From Eledone cirrhosa (Eukaryota), in contig OZ024750.1 in NCBI GenBank assembly GCA_964016885.1, positions 22,506,001 through 22,570,000 on the forward strand: 64,000 bases of DNA. Direction: 5' to 3'. Made by a program: the position numbers and the translations under genes. Below are positions 39,907 through 52,485 of this stretch, one piece after another. Each line of letters starts with the position of its first letter. Within the stretch, counting starts at the first letter, position 1. A model generated the notes under the pieces. That model was not told where the DNA came from. It saw only the letters and a program-made list of their open reading frames with translations, and made no database searches.

Positions 39907-41233
39907 TAGAATGAGCCCCTCATTCTTGCCGTTCTGTTTATATGCCAACACAAGAACAAGAATGCTTAAACATGGCTTTAAAGAGGCTGTTTGCATAGTT
40001 GCAAACAAATCGAATATTATTATTAATCAGTAATGCACTGGGTAATTGCTGGCCTTGTGCCTAAAGTAGAAACAATTATTAATATTCGAAAAACTCAGAT
40101 TTACATTTATTGTATTCAACCATGTAGAGCTATAAAGCTATTTGTTAGTTATATGTATATATATACATAATACATATAACACAATTTGAAAATCATAGAC
40201 AGTGTCTTTCATTAGAAATATGGTAACGAAAGGGTTAGAGTTACGCTTAACCTTAGCTAATCTATGACTGTAACTGGACGAAGGATGGCCGAATAGTCAG
40301 GAAGTTCATTAGGTCCAGAGTTCGATCCCACTTCGTGGCACCTTTGGCAAGTGTCAGTGAAATTAGGTAAGCGTAAACTATTGGGAAGCCCGTCAGATGG
40401 GTTTTACCTGTAATTCAAAAGACCAGCATTGTCATATATTGTGCCCTGTTGAATATCTCTGAGAATTACATTAATAATACACGTGTCTATAGAATGTTCA
40501 GTAACTGACATGTTAATTTGATTAGCAAGCTGTTCCATTGATTGAATAACTAGAACACTCACGATTGTTATTAAGCCGTGCTATTTCTAGAAGGAACCAA
40601 CTCTCATGTCTAAATCATTCATTAAAAGTCTATCGAAATTGATAGTAGATCTAATAATAGAAAAAGATTTAGATTTTCTTATTATATAACATTTTTATAA
40701 ACTCTTTTAACATGCCATAGATATGTCCTAGTTTCGCTCCACATTAGCAATAATTGATAACACTGCCATCTCATATCCTTTGCAAAGTATTTGGTGGATG
40801 TTGTTTCATGGTCCCAGCAGACATGTGTTACTCTAGAGAGTTGTGAGGAACATGTAGTGAAAAAGCCAGTCTATCTCGATGTAAACTGTTATGTCTCCTT
40901 GGAGGGAAACACTGCTGAGATGTCAGCGGTGTTTCCTGCAGGTGTTGTAAAGCCTTACGTTTCTAATTATTTAAAGGATGTGCAGCTCAGCCTCGGGGTC
41001 GACCTCAGCTTATTGAATGAGATCAGACAGACGGAAACAGTGTAGAAGTCTGCCTTATGTACCGTACCCAGTTTAAAACTTGCAACAACACCTGGGTCTT
41101 CATTGTCTTTAGTGCAGTTCACTGTGTTGCAAGCAATGGGACAAGATGCTTAGTTTGAGGATAGTTACCTCTCTTGTTTCTACCAGCCTCGGAAGACTTG
41201 AAAAGAGTCATGCGCACTAATAATCATGGATAA

Positions 41234-41322
<89 letters not shown>

Positions 41323-41359
41323 ATTAAATAAATGGAAACTATATTTATAAAACCATATT

Positions 41360-41425
41360 TATTTCATTATATATATTTCAGGGATATCATATTAACAATA
41401 TGTTATGCCTTCATCAGACAAAATA
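41360..41425 (-). ncRNA. Type I hammerhead ribozyme in a PLE-like module (41320-41520) inside (TA)n
   Basis: Minus strand: AAG|GTATGTC...TATTTTGT-CTGATGA-AGG...catatt gtt aatatg...CCT-GAAA-TATATA-TA-ATGAAATA. Same family as the 15.1-15.4 kb module. Confidence 0.78.
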
Positions 41426-42685
41426 CAATATAAACAGTCTTATAAATAATCTTATAAATAAACAGATATGACATACCTTTCAATCGACTTGCATTTGGGA
41501 AGTTGATTTGGCAGTAAAAAATATATATATATATATATATGCGCGCGCTGCGTGTGTGTTTGTGTGTGTGTGTGTTTGTGTGTATTACGTAACCATGAGG
41601 GGGGTGGGTGTGGCTCCAAAAGTCTGAGTATCTCTGTAGTAGATCATTGGAGTGGTTGACTTAATCCGTTGCCCGGTTTAATACCACCATCTGGCTATCC
41701 CTTAGGTACCTTAAACGGAGTCCCCTCTCTTGCATGGCTTCAAACCAAGTTTTTAGTTTGAGGATAAAATAATCTCCCCAACGAATAATCTCCTGCCATC
41801 GACTCCTCCGGAGACCTTGTAAATGATCATTATCACTGCCCTTGATCACTGGAGTAATTGCTGGCCTTGTGCCAAATGTAGAAACAATTATCACTGCCCT
41901 TGATCACTGGAGTAATTGCTGACCTTGTGCCAAATGTAGAAACAATTATCACTGTCCTTGATCCCCTGACTAAATAGCAATAAAAAAATCTTTATGTTCG
42001 AGGTTTATGTCATTTTGTTTAAGTCTGTCTGAAGCTCGGAAGTTCATCAGGATGGATCTTGTCTCGGTTTCACTGGCATTAAGCGACTGAGAATACAATC
42101 CACGCCTCTCACCCCCAATATGATGCCAATCCATTGTACAGTTTAGCCTTAGCTATTGCGGCTACTGCTGCTGTTGCTGCTACTCATATATTTCAGCTTG
42201 GTAGACTGGTGCAACGTCAAATGAAGTGTCTTGCTCAAGGGTACAACGAGCCTCAAGTTCTGGGAATTTAAACTACGATCATACGATCATATGCCCAATA
42301 CTACAAGCAGTAGGGCACACGCCATATGTTATTCGAGAATCGATGCATTATTTCAACAATTTAGAAGGAAAAAAGAAAAAAAAATCAATAAAGATATGTA
42401 TAGAGTACAACAGAATATGTATATATATATATAAAGTTATTGCTTTATGTATAGGCAGATGTAAATACCATATCTAATTATATTTATACATATTTATATA
42501 ATGTTTTAACGCATCAGTAATTTATTAAAACCTCACTGCAATGCAAACTACTAATTCTATAAGGGAAGGTGACATGTGTTGCTGTTGTAGTCAGAGTTGA
42601 CACCTGGGTATTTTACCAAATAATGCAATTTTAACTTACAGTTTGATAAGCTGACGAAACTAGCTTTTGCCATGTCATGCTCGAA

Positions 42686-42720
<35 letters not shown>

Positions 42721-43960
42721 ACACCACACCAGACACACACACGCACACGCACACGCACACGCACGCACAAATATTACTAAGCTTGTATTTTCCACTAAAT
42801 AGTCCACACTCACCCGCGCCAAATCATATGAAATATCTACGACCTTCTCCACACTCACCCGCGCCAAATCATATGAAATATCTACGATCTTCTCCACCGC
42901 TTTGGATATTTTCCACAATGCTGCTACGCGACAATTATGTTTAGCAATTAATTTATTTATCGCAGGGAATTATTATATATTTTATACAAATATGTATAAA
43001 ACTGTAACCATTTAAGGTTTAGTAGCGTGCCTCTCTGAGGTGTGGGCCCTAGGCAGCTGCCTAGTTGTTCTTAATGTTAGCGCCAGGCCTGGTTGTAGTA
43101 CTCACGCTCTCAGATCTACTCTGATCGAGGGAGTTATGGTCCATGCTGCTCCAAAAGGGGTGATTCTCCCGTTATTTATTATTGGCCTTATTATCGTATA
43201 TCTGTCACTACATTATTAATTGTGTCCTTTATTTAAGACGTTGATATGAGATTATAAGGAAATCTGGCTGCTATTTTAGCAGGATAAGCGACCACATAGA
43301 GGCACGCACCCTTGGTAGTTCGAACGTAATATGTTATGACGTGGGTGTGGCTGCATCAGAGTCGAATAGCTGACGTAATACCACGCGTGCCCAGTGAGAT
43401 TTTAATCCTAATCCTTTTGTCTTCCAAAGTAAACGAACAAGTCAATGAGGAGGGGGCGTCTCTACGTGATCGCTCCACTTGCTAGAAATACCAACCACAT
43501 AGTCCTCGCATCACATTCTTCGATCTTAAAAAAAAGGAAGGCCACATTATAAACCAGGATGCACTGTGGAACGGAAAAATGCGATTGTCACGGCTGGAGC
43601 GCCTTTGATTATAGTTTTGCACGGTCTGGGTTAATTTGTAAATAAGGCAAAACAGCAGGTATAAGGTATAAGGATGCCAGTTTTACTCACACATATTTAA
43701 TACAAGGAGCGCCCACGAGGTCGTTGGTTCGATTCTTAGCGCAATGTGCTCTTGATTTCCCGTTGTTTTTCATTAAAAAAAAAAAAATACCCAAGAAACA
43801 GCCAATGAAATGCAAACTCGTAGGAGGCCAGCTAAATCTGCATAGGTTTCAGCTGTGACATTTTACTAAAATATGGAGCAAAAAAATGTAACAACTAATA
43901 AATAGGTGGTAAAGAAAAATTGACTCATTAGTTTAATTATATCGGGAAGTACGGGAGATA

Positions 43961-44006
43961 ACTCTAAACATGTTTCAGTATTATTATGACTTCATCAGAG
44001 CAATAT
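43961..44006 (-). ncRNA. Minimal hammerhead-like motif
   Basis: Minus strand CTGATGA-AGT cataataat ACT-GAAA-CATG-TT. Stem III is palindromic, stem I is weak, and the motif lies near (TA)n. Confidence 0.5.
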
Positions 44007-44064
44007 AGACTTCAACCGTACTTGTCGGAGTAATAACATGAAAATCCCTCAGTAAATGTACAAG

Positions 44065-44110
<46 letters not shown>

Positions 44111-44385
44111 TACATAGGTTGGTGTAGAAAAATATAGAATTGTTTGGAGAATAAATAATTGAGAGGCGCCTTCCTTAATATAGTCACACACACACACATA
44201 CATACATACACACATACACACACACATGATATTATGATATGTGTTACATGTTTCTTGGTTGACTGGTTCACGAATTTCGCTGAACCATCGTTTAATTCAT
44301 CTACTCTGTTACAGACAGATTCACCTCCTCAGCAAATGTTTGTTGTTTTATATCTATAATTCTTCAACCCAGCATTGACATCCTC

Positions 44386-44513
<128 letters not shown>

Positions 44514-44599
44514 GAATAATTTGAACAGGGACAGAACAGAGAGGCAGTACAATAAATGTTTATTAAATTCACGCTCAGGAGAGTGGGGGGTAGGTGGGG

Positions 44600-44634
44600 G
44601 ACGACGTTTCGGGCATAAGCCCTTCCTCAGGTGA
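44600..44634 (-). ncRNA. Minimal hammerhead ribozyme in a (TA)n-bounded module (44510-44715)
   Basis: Minus strand AC-CTGAGGA-A-GGGC ttat GCCC-GAAAC-GTC-GT, with AATAAA downstream and then (TA)n. Confidence 0.65.
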
Positions 44635-44708
44635 GAAGTGTGTGGGAACAGAGTTCATAGAAATACAATGTAAGAACACAGGCAAAGAATCTTATACGGA
44701 AAAAAAGG

Positions 44709-44764
44709 TACGGTAACACATATATATATACGGTAACATATATATATATATATATATATACGGT

Positions 44765-44811
<47 letters not shown>

Positions 44812-44998
44812 GGTAACATATATATATATACAATATATATATATATACGGTAACATATATATATATATATACGGTAACATATATATATATATATATACGG
44901 TAACATATATATATATACAATATATATATATATATATACGGTAACATATATATATATATACGGTAACATATATATATATACAATATATATATATATAT
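44709..44998. repeat. (TA)n tract periodically interrupted by CGGTAACA
   Basis: About nine CGGTAACA(TA)n units of variable length. Confidence 0.9.
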
Positions 44999-45140
44999 GA
45001 CCAAAGGTTTAACAAGGTTCATTGATTAATCAATGAATACAGTTTTACAATAGATTAGAAGCACTCAACAGTGAGGTTTTCTGGAGTTATTAATATTACT
45101 TCAAAATATTAATAAATATAGACATTCATGTGATCAAATA

Positions 45141-45206
45141 TATTTTATTATATATATTTCAGAGGCACTGAGCTGTTTCATCAGTACGTCCTCATCAGAT
45201 AAAATA
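45141..45206 (-). ncRNA. Type I hammerhead ribozyme
   Basis: Near reverse complement of 45306-45371. Confidence 0.75.
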
Positions 45207-45305
45207 AGTTGATGTTTGACATACCCCAACTGTGCTGATGGTTCAATTCCAGTTTTGGCAGTGAATTGAACCATCAGCACAGTTGGGATATGTCAGACAT
45301 CAATT

Positions 45306-45371
45306 TATTTTATCTGATGAGGACGTACTGATGAAACAGCTCAGTACCTCTGAAATATATATAATAAAATA
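45306..45371 (+). ncRNA. Type I hammerhead ribozyme
   Basis: TATTTTAT-CTGATGA-GGAc-GTACTGA tgaaacagc TCAGTAC-cTCT-GAAA-TATATA-TA-ATAAAATA, with a perfect 8-bp stem I. Confidence 0.8.
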
Positions 45372-45413
45372 TATTTGATCACATGAATGTCTATATTTAT
45401 TAATATTTTGAAG

Positions 45414-45442
<29 letters not shown>

Positions 45443-45447
<5 letters not shown>

Positions 45448-45648
45448 GTTTCTACTTTTGGCACAAGGCCAGCAATTACTCAGTACATTACTGGTACTTT
45501 ATTTTATCGACCCCGGAAGGATGAAAGGCAACGTTAACCTCGGCGGGATTTGAACTCAGATCATACAGGGAGGTAACTCTATGCTTCAAAGCATGGCGTC
45601 CGACCCTCTACCGATACTGCCAATCCACCGCCTTCCAATCCACCGCCT
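45443..45648 (-). mobile_element. SINE family A (left arm of a large palindrome)
   Basis: Full-length copy. Confidence 0.88.
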
Positions 45649-45663
45649 ATATATATATATATA

Positions 45664-45942
45664 TATTAGAAGTAAACACAGTAAACCTGTGTCTAACATT
45701 ACGAGGGTAGATTACACCACAAATGTTATATATCATTCAACCTGAATCATATGGGATCTTACAAGATTTCTTACAAGACTTCTCATACATACCATATCAA
45801 TAACCATATTGATATGGTATGTAAGAAATCTTGTAAGAAATCTTGTAAGATCCCATATGATTCAGGTTGAATGATATATAACATTTGTGGTGTAATCTAC
45901 CCTCGTAATGTTAAACACGGGTTTACTGTGTTTACTTCTAAT
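45664..45942. repeat. Fold-back with about 135-bp arms and a 4-nt loop inside (TA)n
   Basis: ttagaagtaaacacagtaaacc...ccatatcaata acca tattgatatgg...ggtttactgtgtttacttctaa. Confidence 0.92.
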
Positions 45943-45955
45943 ATATATATATATA

Positions 45956-46158
45956 GGTGGTGGATTGGAAGGCGGTGGATTGGCAGTATCGGTAGAGGGT
46001 CGGACGCCATGCTTTGACGCATAGAGTTACGGCCCTTATCATTCTGAGTTCAAATCCCGCCGAGGTTGACTTTGCCTTTCATCCTTACGGGGTCGATAAA
46101 ATAATGTACCAGTAATGTACTGGATAATTGCTGGCCTTGTGCCAAAAGTAGAAACAAT

Positions 46159-46160
<2 letters not shown>
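45956..46160 (+). mobile_element. SINE family A (right arm of a large palindrome)
   Basis: A-box TGGCAGTATCGG, B-box GAGTTCAAATCCC and the family A tail. Confidence 0.88.
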
Positions 46161-46189
<29 letters not shown>

Positions 46190-46490
46190 GTGCAATATTT
46201 AGTGTCTAGCAGATGTACTAGATAACAGATGTAATCTGTGATTCTCCTTCCTATAGCAGCCATACGTGTTAGAGAACATGAACAACTTGATGTTAGATTG
46301 GACAACAACATTTCTAGTGGTTTGTTTATTCAAACATGTCATGTATAAATGAAAGATTGTGCTATATACGTATATTCTCTTCTTTCGTTATACTGTTGTT
46401 TACTTTGTTGCTACTGTTTACTTTTTGCATACACGAATGCATATACATACATATAAATATGCAAATACTCACACACACACATACAATCAT

Positions 46491-46544
<54 letters not shown>

Positions 46545-46545
<1 letters not shown>

Positions 46546-47030
46546 TTCTGTGATGGAAGGCAGGGGGCTGAATTAAATGTAAGAATTGCTGAAACTGGTG
46601 CAGTAATGCGCCAGCTTCAGAATTCGGTAATCAGAAGGGAGGTAGGTGTAAAAGCCAAACTCGCTATCTTCAGTTCGGTATTCGTGCCAACCCTTACCTA
46701 TGGTCATGAATCTTGGGTAATGATCGAAAAAATACAATCTGAAATACAAGCGGCCGAAATGGGGTTCCTCCGAAATGGGGTTCCTCTTTGGAGTAACGTT
46801 ACTCGATAGTGTACGTAGCTCGGAGAGCAGAGAATTACTCCAGGCAGAGCCGCCACTTTTCTGTATCGAGAGATCATAGCTCCAATACAATGGGCATGTG
46901 GTTAGAATGTCACAGGAAAGAATCGCTGGACAGATTTTATGGGCAAAACCAACCGACAGGAGACCCAGGGGTAGACCCGGAGCAAGATGATTGGATAACA
47001 TCCATGACCTCGGCTGGTCTCGCTTGTTTA
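46545..47030 (+). mobile_element. RTE-clade LINE fragment (frameshifted)
   Basis: ELNVRIAETGAVMRQL...KAKLAIFSSVFVPTLTYGHESWVM..K..S.IQAAEMGFLR, followed by GHVVRM...RPRGRP. Homologous to 57375-57795 on the minus strand. Confidence 0.85.
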
Positions 47031-47208
47031 TTAAACTTGTGAAGTGCCAAAAATTCGTAGCAGCTTGGGTGTAAAGCAAGTGTATTGGTTTGATATATTG
47101 TTCAGAATTAAATTCGTTTCGGTTCTAGAAAACTGACATCGTAATTTCTATTTTTTCTCATTTTGTTATTTGGGTCGATGTCTTCTTAGACACCACCGTT
47201 CTGCTGTG

Positions 47209-47239
<31 letters not shown>

Positions 47240-48127
47240 TCAATGAACCTATATTTCATTATCTTTATAGCACTCACATGACATCCACCTTTTGAATGCA
47301 CCGATGATTACACGAAATGTTCCGTGCATCATCTTCTACATTGATTATATATCAGCAGAACATTTCACAGAAATTCTTTGAGCTTAATTCTTTAAATATG
47401 CAAACATTCCCTAATTCTACGATACCAAACTGCCTGGAACCGCCCCCCGGGTCTACGATACAAAACTGTTTATTTTAAAGTGTTTATATTTATCTAAAAG
47501 CCTTCCATCATCATTTTATGAGAGAATCCTTGTTATATTCCAAACAGCAGCTTAACCCCTTTGAGACCAAATCCCCTGAAACCTCCCATGATACAAAACT
47601 GATACAAAACTGTTTATTTTAGAATTTTTGTATTTATCTAAAAACCTTTCCATCATAATTTTATGAAAGAAATGTCAAGTTATATTCCAAACACCAACTT
47701 AATAATGAAAAAGTTATTTTACTGAATCTCTTCAAATTCTTGACAATTTTCCAACATTATTTGAAAAGCTTAGGCAGTGTGTTTGATCATAGGTCTATCC
47801 AGGTGATTCCTGGTGTTAAACAGCAAGAAATAAAATATTAAGTTTCTTTTCTAGTGATGATTCAGACCCTACATGAATGCTTCCGCGACGTATTTTCTCA
47901 ATTATGCTTATGTTTGTATCTGTGTTCCTGTGTGTGTGTGTGTACGTACATATGTGTGTATTTATGTATCTATTTATTTATTTATTTATTTATATATGCG
48001 TGTGTGTATGAAATATATTTTGCCGAATTGCATATTAGCATGTGCAGATGTTCTTCTGCAATGGATGTGGAGCTGTGCAATGAAGCATGTGAGAACGCGT
48101 GACTAGAGAGAGAAGATAGATAAAAAG

Positions 48128-48181
<54 letters not shown>

Positions 48182-48581
48182 TATGTGTGTGTGTGGTAGT
48201 AGTGGTGAAAATAAACTCTTGCAGAAAGTGTGCATGTGTGCAATAATGCACCATATATGGTGATGGTGACGTCATATATTACTCAGTGACTGATATATAA
48301 TATTTAACTAAAACAACTAACTTCTCTATTTACTTAATGTCTATTAATATCGTCAGATATATCGCCTGTAGTACTTTGATAATTGGTTACATGTATCTAC
48401 CGTAACCCACCAGCCTCTCTTACTCCACCTTCCTCGACCCCCCACCCTAACATCTCTCACTACACTCTCCTCGACCCCACCAACGCCTCACACTATACCC
48501 AAGATCTCACCCTTTACAAACAACATCACTATATAGTCTTCATGTTCCTTGTTGATTTAATTCGTTGATGTTCACTTTTCA

Positions 48582-48624
<43 letters not shown>

Positions 48625-48628
<4 letters not shown>

Positions 48629-48927
48629 GCCCCCGGTATTCGCGGTGGTTACGTTCCTAGAGCATCCACGAAGAGTGTAAAACCGCGAATATTAGACGTG
48701 GTCCACAAAAATGCCTATAAACGTCAAAACGTAACGTAAAATATAGACCGGCAAATACGGTATATTGTTATTAATAATTTAAAGCGTGAAAAAATATATA
48801 TTGCCATGAAAAAAAATATTTTAAAATCGTGGACATTTTTTAAGATTCCGCGAATATGCGGTGGTTTCCACGAACAACTAGTAGTTCAGTTCTAAGGAAA
48901 ATTCTGCGAATGCTGGGGGTACACAGT
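48625..48927. mobile_element. Tigger/pogo-like MITE (degenerate)
   Basis: Left end CCCCCGGTATTCGCGG and right end TGCGAATGCTGGGGG, TA-flanked, with internal CGCGAATA repeats. Confidence 0.55.
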
Positions 48928-49139
48928 ATATATAATTTCGGTTTACGAAGCTAGCCGAAGAAAATCTATACAGCCTCGGTCGTTACTTACTTACTCAATG
49001 AGATTATAAGATATGTACATTAGAAAATACAAACTTATAACTCACAGTGTACACTACTATGTTACTAGTAAGGATCCCGGCAATGCATGAGTAATGATAG
49101 TTGTATATCATATAAACCTATCTTGCTCGGTAATAAAGC

Positions 49140-49290
49140 CACACGCAAGGTAATAAAGCCACTGAAATGCAATGGGTTTTGAATTTTATAAAGTTGTATT
49201 GGCCGGGAAAGCAAGAAGGTGGAAGAGAATTCCATAGGCAATTTGTGCGAGGGAAGAAGCTATCGGAATAGTATTTGTTATTACTCTCGG
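49140..49290 (-). mobile_element. L2/CR1-group LINE 3' remnant
   Basis: Minus strand YYSDSFFPRTNCLWNSLPPSCFP. Confidence 0.65.
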
Positions 49291-49389
49291 GTCCCAAATT
49301 AGAGAGTGGGTAGGGAATCGGTAATTGTATAGTGTACGTTCGTAAATATGGGATTTCTTGTAATGATTTTTTAAGGTAAAATGAAATTA

Positions 49390-49575
49390 TTGGATTGGCA
49401 GTATCGGTAGAGGGTCGGACGCCATGCTTTCCAGCATAGTTACGTCCCTTTACGATCTGAGTTCAAATCCCGCCGAGGTTGACTTTGCCTTTCATCCTCA
49501 CGGGGCCGATAAAATAAAGTACCAGTAATGCACTGGGTAATTGCTGGCCTTGTGCCTAAAGTAGAAACAATTATT
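49390..49575 (+). mobile_element. SINE family A
   Basis: Clean copy with A- and B-boxes. Confidence 0.9.
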
Positions 49576-51496
49576 AGATTCTCCAGCTACGGTATCAATA
49601 TGAACCACTTACAATAAAATCTCGCCGGAGATAGATTATCAAAATTTAATAAGGGTGTGAGGTTGGATTAAAAGTGGACAGGAGGGGGGGATCTGAAAAA
49701 TTAATAAGTGGTGGGGGGGGGGGGGGGGTATCCAAAACCTGAGAATACATTTAGGAACTTCCGCCAATCTAGTGTTCTATTTAAACTTAGGAATATTATA
49801 GTATTGTGAAGGCGGTGGCTTAGTGGTTAGATTGTTCTACTCACGATCGTGAGTTCGATTCCCAGCGGTGCGTTGAGTTTTTGGGCAAGTCGTTTCAAGA
49901 CACTTTATTCCACGCTGTTCCAGTCCACTCAAAATGAGTTATACCTGTAATTCAAAGGTCTGTGTTATGCTGGATTTCCCTGAGAGCAAGTATACGCCGC
50001 GTGAACATTAATTTCCCGAGTTGGCTGTTCCGCAATTTGAATAACTGGAAAACTCGTCGCTGAAACCGACGGCGGTCCAACATTATTGTCAAGGTGGTGG
50101 TTTAGCTCAGTCGTTAAAGGTTCAGATAAATGTCCCACGATGTTTCTCTTTACATCCTGAGTTCAAATCACTCCTAGGCCATCGTTCCCGTGGTCAATAA
50201 ATAAAATACCTGTCAAATACTGGGGTTGACGTATCCATTGTGTTTCAAAAACGATATAGTTACATTTGAGGGAGATTTTTTAGGGAGATTTTTTTTTATT
50301 ATTATTATTTTCCACTGAGATGTACACCATAACCACTCCGCCACGCGCCGTCACTGGACGTTAAAATATTCTGTGGCACACGCTACAATTTGACAACTTA
50401 AGCCTCACCGTATTAGCAACTCAACTTTGCCAATTATATTCAGATTTGTCTATTGCGCAGTTCCTGAGATTTACTGATTCCATAGAGATATTCCTTTTCT
50501 GTGAATTTCTAATTTTATTTTTCTATATTGATTTCTGCTGACAGTTTTATCTTTCGAATACTGTTAGCACGCGCTTCTTTCATGTTTTAAAATCTTTCTT
50601 TTTTTTGTTTTTGTTATAACTGTTTTCGATTACTTACAACAGAGAATGAAACGTCATGAATATATCGACAGTCGATTGACTTTCGTCAAATCGGACCGAG
50701 GAAACAATGTTTCCATTGGTCTTTCCAATTGCTAATACTATCTATCGGTCGCAACTCCAGGTAGAAGGAGCAGCATGAAATAAAGTGTCTTGCCCAAGGA
50801 CATAACGCATCACCCGATCCGGGAATGGAACACACAACCTCACGATTGCGAATCCAATTCTCTAACCACACAGCCATGCGCCTTCATGAACATATTTCCT
50901 CCATAACATGAGGTTCCGGGTTCCATCCTATCGCCTGGCATCTTGGGGAAATGACTTTCACTGTAACGTCGAGCCAACTCAATTTTTATGATTGAAATTG
51001 CGTTGACAGAAACAGTTTGAAAGCCCGTCGGATGGATTGTACCTGTATTTCAAAGGGCCTAGCTTTGTCTTAGAATATGTCGCACTGATTCTCTCCTAGA
51101 ATTACGCCTGTCTGAGAATTACTAAACCATGTACTCATTAATTTAAAGAGTAGCCCGTTCCGTTGCTCGATCAATCGGTACACTCATCGTCTAAACCGAC
51201 GGAGGTCCATCTACTTTTACTTAAAATCATCATACCAAACCTTTCTGCTAGCTGTTTCCATTGACGTTCCGGTTTGATTTCAAATCGAAGTCAATCGATT
51301 TTCCATAAACCATTAATGCCCATAAAATATCAAACATTTTCAATAGCTTCCTTACAAATCTGTGGTATTATGCCTGAAAAAATCAATATTTCGTATTAAA
51401 ACAGATAGAGAATGGCATGGAGCGGACCTCCATCGGTTTAAACGATGAGTGTTACCGTTGTTTGATCAACGGAGCTGTCTTTTCGAGGGATTAAAG

Positions 51497-51787
51497 CAGG
51501 CATGGGCAACCTTTTTCGAGAAGCGGGCCGCACAAGATATGGCTCACCATCAGGCGGGCCGCAAGCGCTAATTTACATTCGTGCCCACATTAAAAAAAAG
51601 GGCGAGAACTCAGGTTGTTTTGATTTGTTTCTTCAGAATTCGTACACGTTGTTTTCCTCGATCGTAAAAATGATAGAAAGATAAATTACGACTGAAAAGT
51701 TGGGGTAAAAAAATCAGAAAGATTTCCCTTAGGTGACTTAGGCGAGCCATTCAGAAAGCTTCGCGGGCCGCAGGTTGCCCATGACTG
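51497..51787. mobile_element. hAT MITE (Buster-like target) with 8-bp TSD
   Basis: TIRs CAGGCATGGGCAACCT / AGGTTGCCCATGACTG. TSD GATTAAAG at 51489-51496 and 51788-51795. It is inserted into a SINE tail. Confidence 0.92.
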
Positions 51788-51964
51788 GATTAAAGTGTAA
51801 GTGGATAATCATTCTACAGAAACGTGTGCCGTTAACGTAATTCTCAGGGAGATTCAGTGTGACGCAGTGCGTGTGTGTGTATCTGTAGCTTTGTTGTTTG
51901 CGTATACCGGTGTATAAATTATTTGTGGTCAACTCGATGCTATAATAAAAACCATTGTCTAAGA

Positions 51965-52112
51965 CAGGCATGGGCAACCTTTTCGAGCAGTGGCTTATCA
52001 TATGGCGGGCCGCACTACTAAAAAAATCCAAAGCAATTTAGGAATTAGGTGGGCCATTCAGAAAGCCAAACGGGCCGCATGCTGCTCGCAGACCGCAGTT
52101 TGCCCGTGACTG
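51965..52112. mobile_element. hAT MITE, shorter relative, with 8-bp TSD
   Basis: TIRs CAGGCATGGGCAAC / TTTGCCCGTGACTG. TSD GTCTAAGA at 51957-51964 and 52113-52120. Confidence 0.9.
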
Positions 52113-52317
52113 GTCTAAGACGTCACGCAGCAGGATTGAACCCAGTATCTCATGATTTCGATGCAAAATTCTTACGCACTTAGCCATTTTTTCAAACAGT
52201 AATAAGTCGTCAACTGCACAACATGGAATGAAACCGCTATGTAATAACTGTGGTTACACAACACATCAAGTAGAACGTTTGTTCAGCGACAAGTGAAGAT
52301 TACATGAAGTTCCGCAA

Positions 52318-52485
52318 CCGCAGGCATGGTTGTGTGGTTAAGGAGTTAGCTTCACGCACATGTGGTCACGGTTTTTGTCCCGTTATGTGGCAACTTGGCC
52401 AAGTGTCTTCTACCGTAGCCTTGTGTTGACCAATACCTTATGAAGGAAATTCGGTAGACGGAAGTTTTGTATAAAGCCGTCGTAT
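52318..52485 (+). mobile_element. tRNA-derived SINE family C
   Basis: CGCAGGCATGGTTGTGTGGTTAAG...TTGGCCAAGTGTCTTCTAC...GGTAGACGGAA. Relatives lie near 40.3, 54.4 and 55.4 kb. Confidence 0.75.

Larger units (their letters stand above)
45000..45418 (-). mobile_element. PLE-like pLTR with inverted partial copy (about 155-bp arms) inside (TA)n
   Basis: 45094-45249 mirrors 45263-45418. The minus strand runs GG|GTATGT (45224), hammerhead, CTCCAG| (45081), TGTTGAGTGCT, then a tail. Confidence 0.78.

Noticed and set aside
49390-49475. tRNA genes at B-box motifs
   Set aside because: A- and B-boxes run into SINE bodies and no cloverleaf is evident. They are SINE heads.
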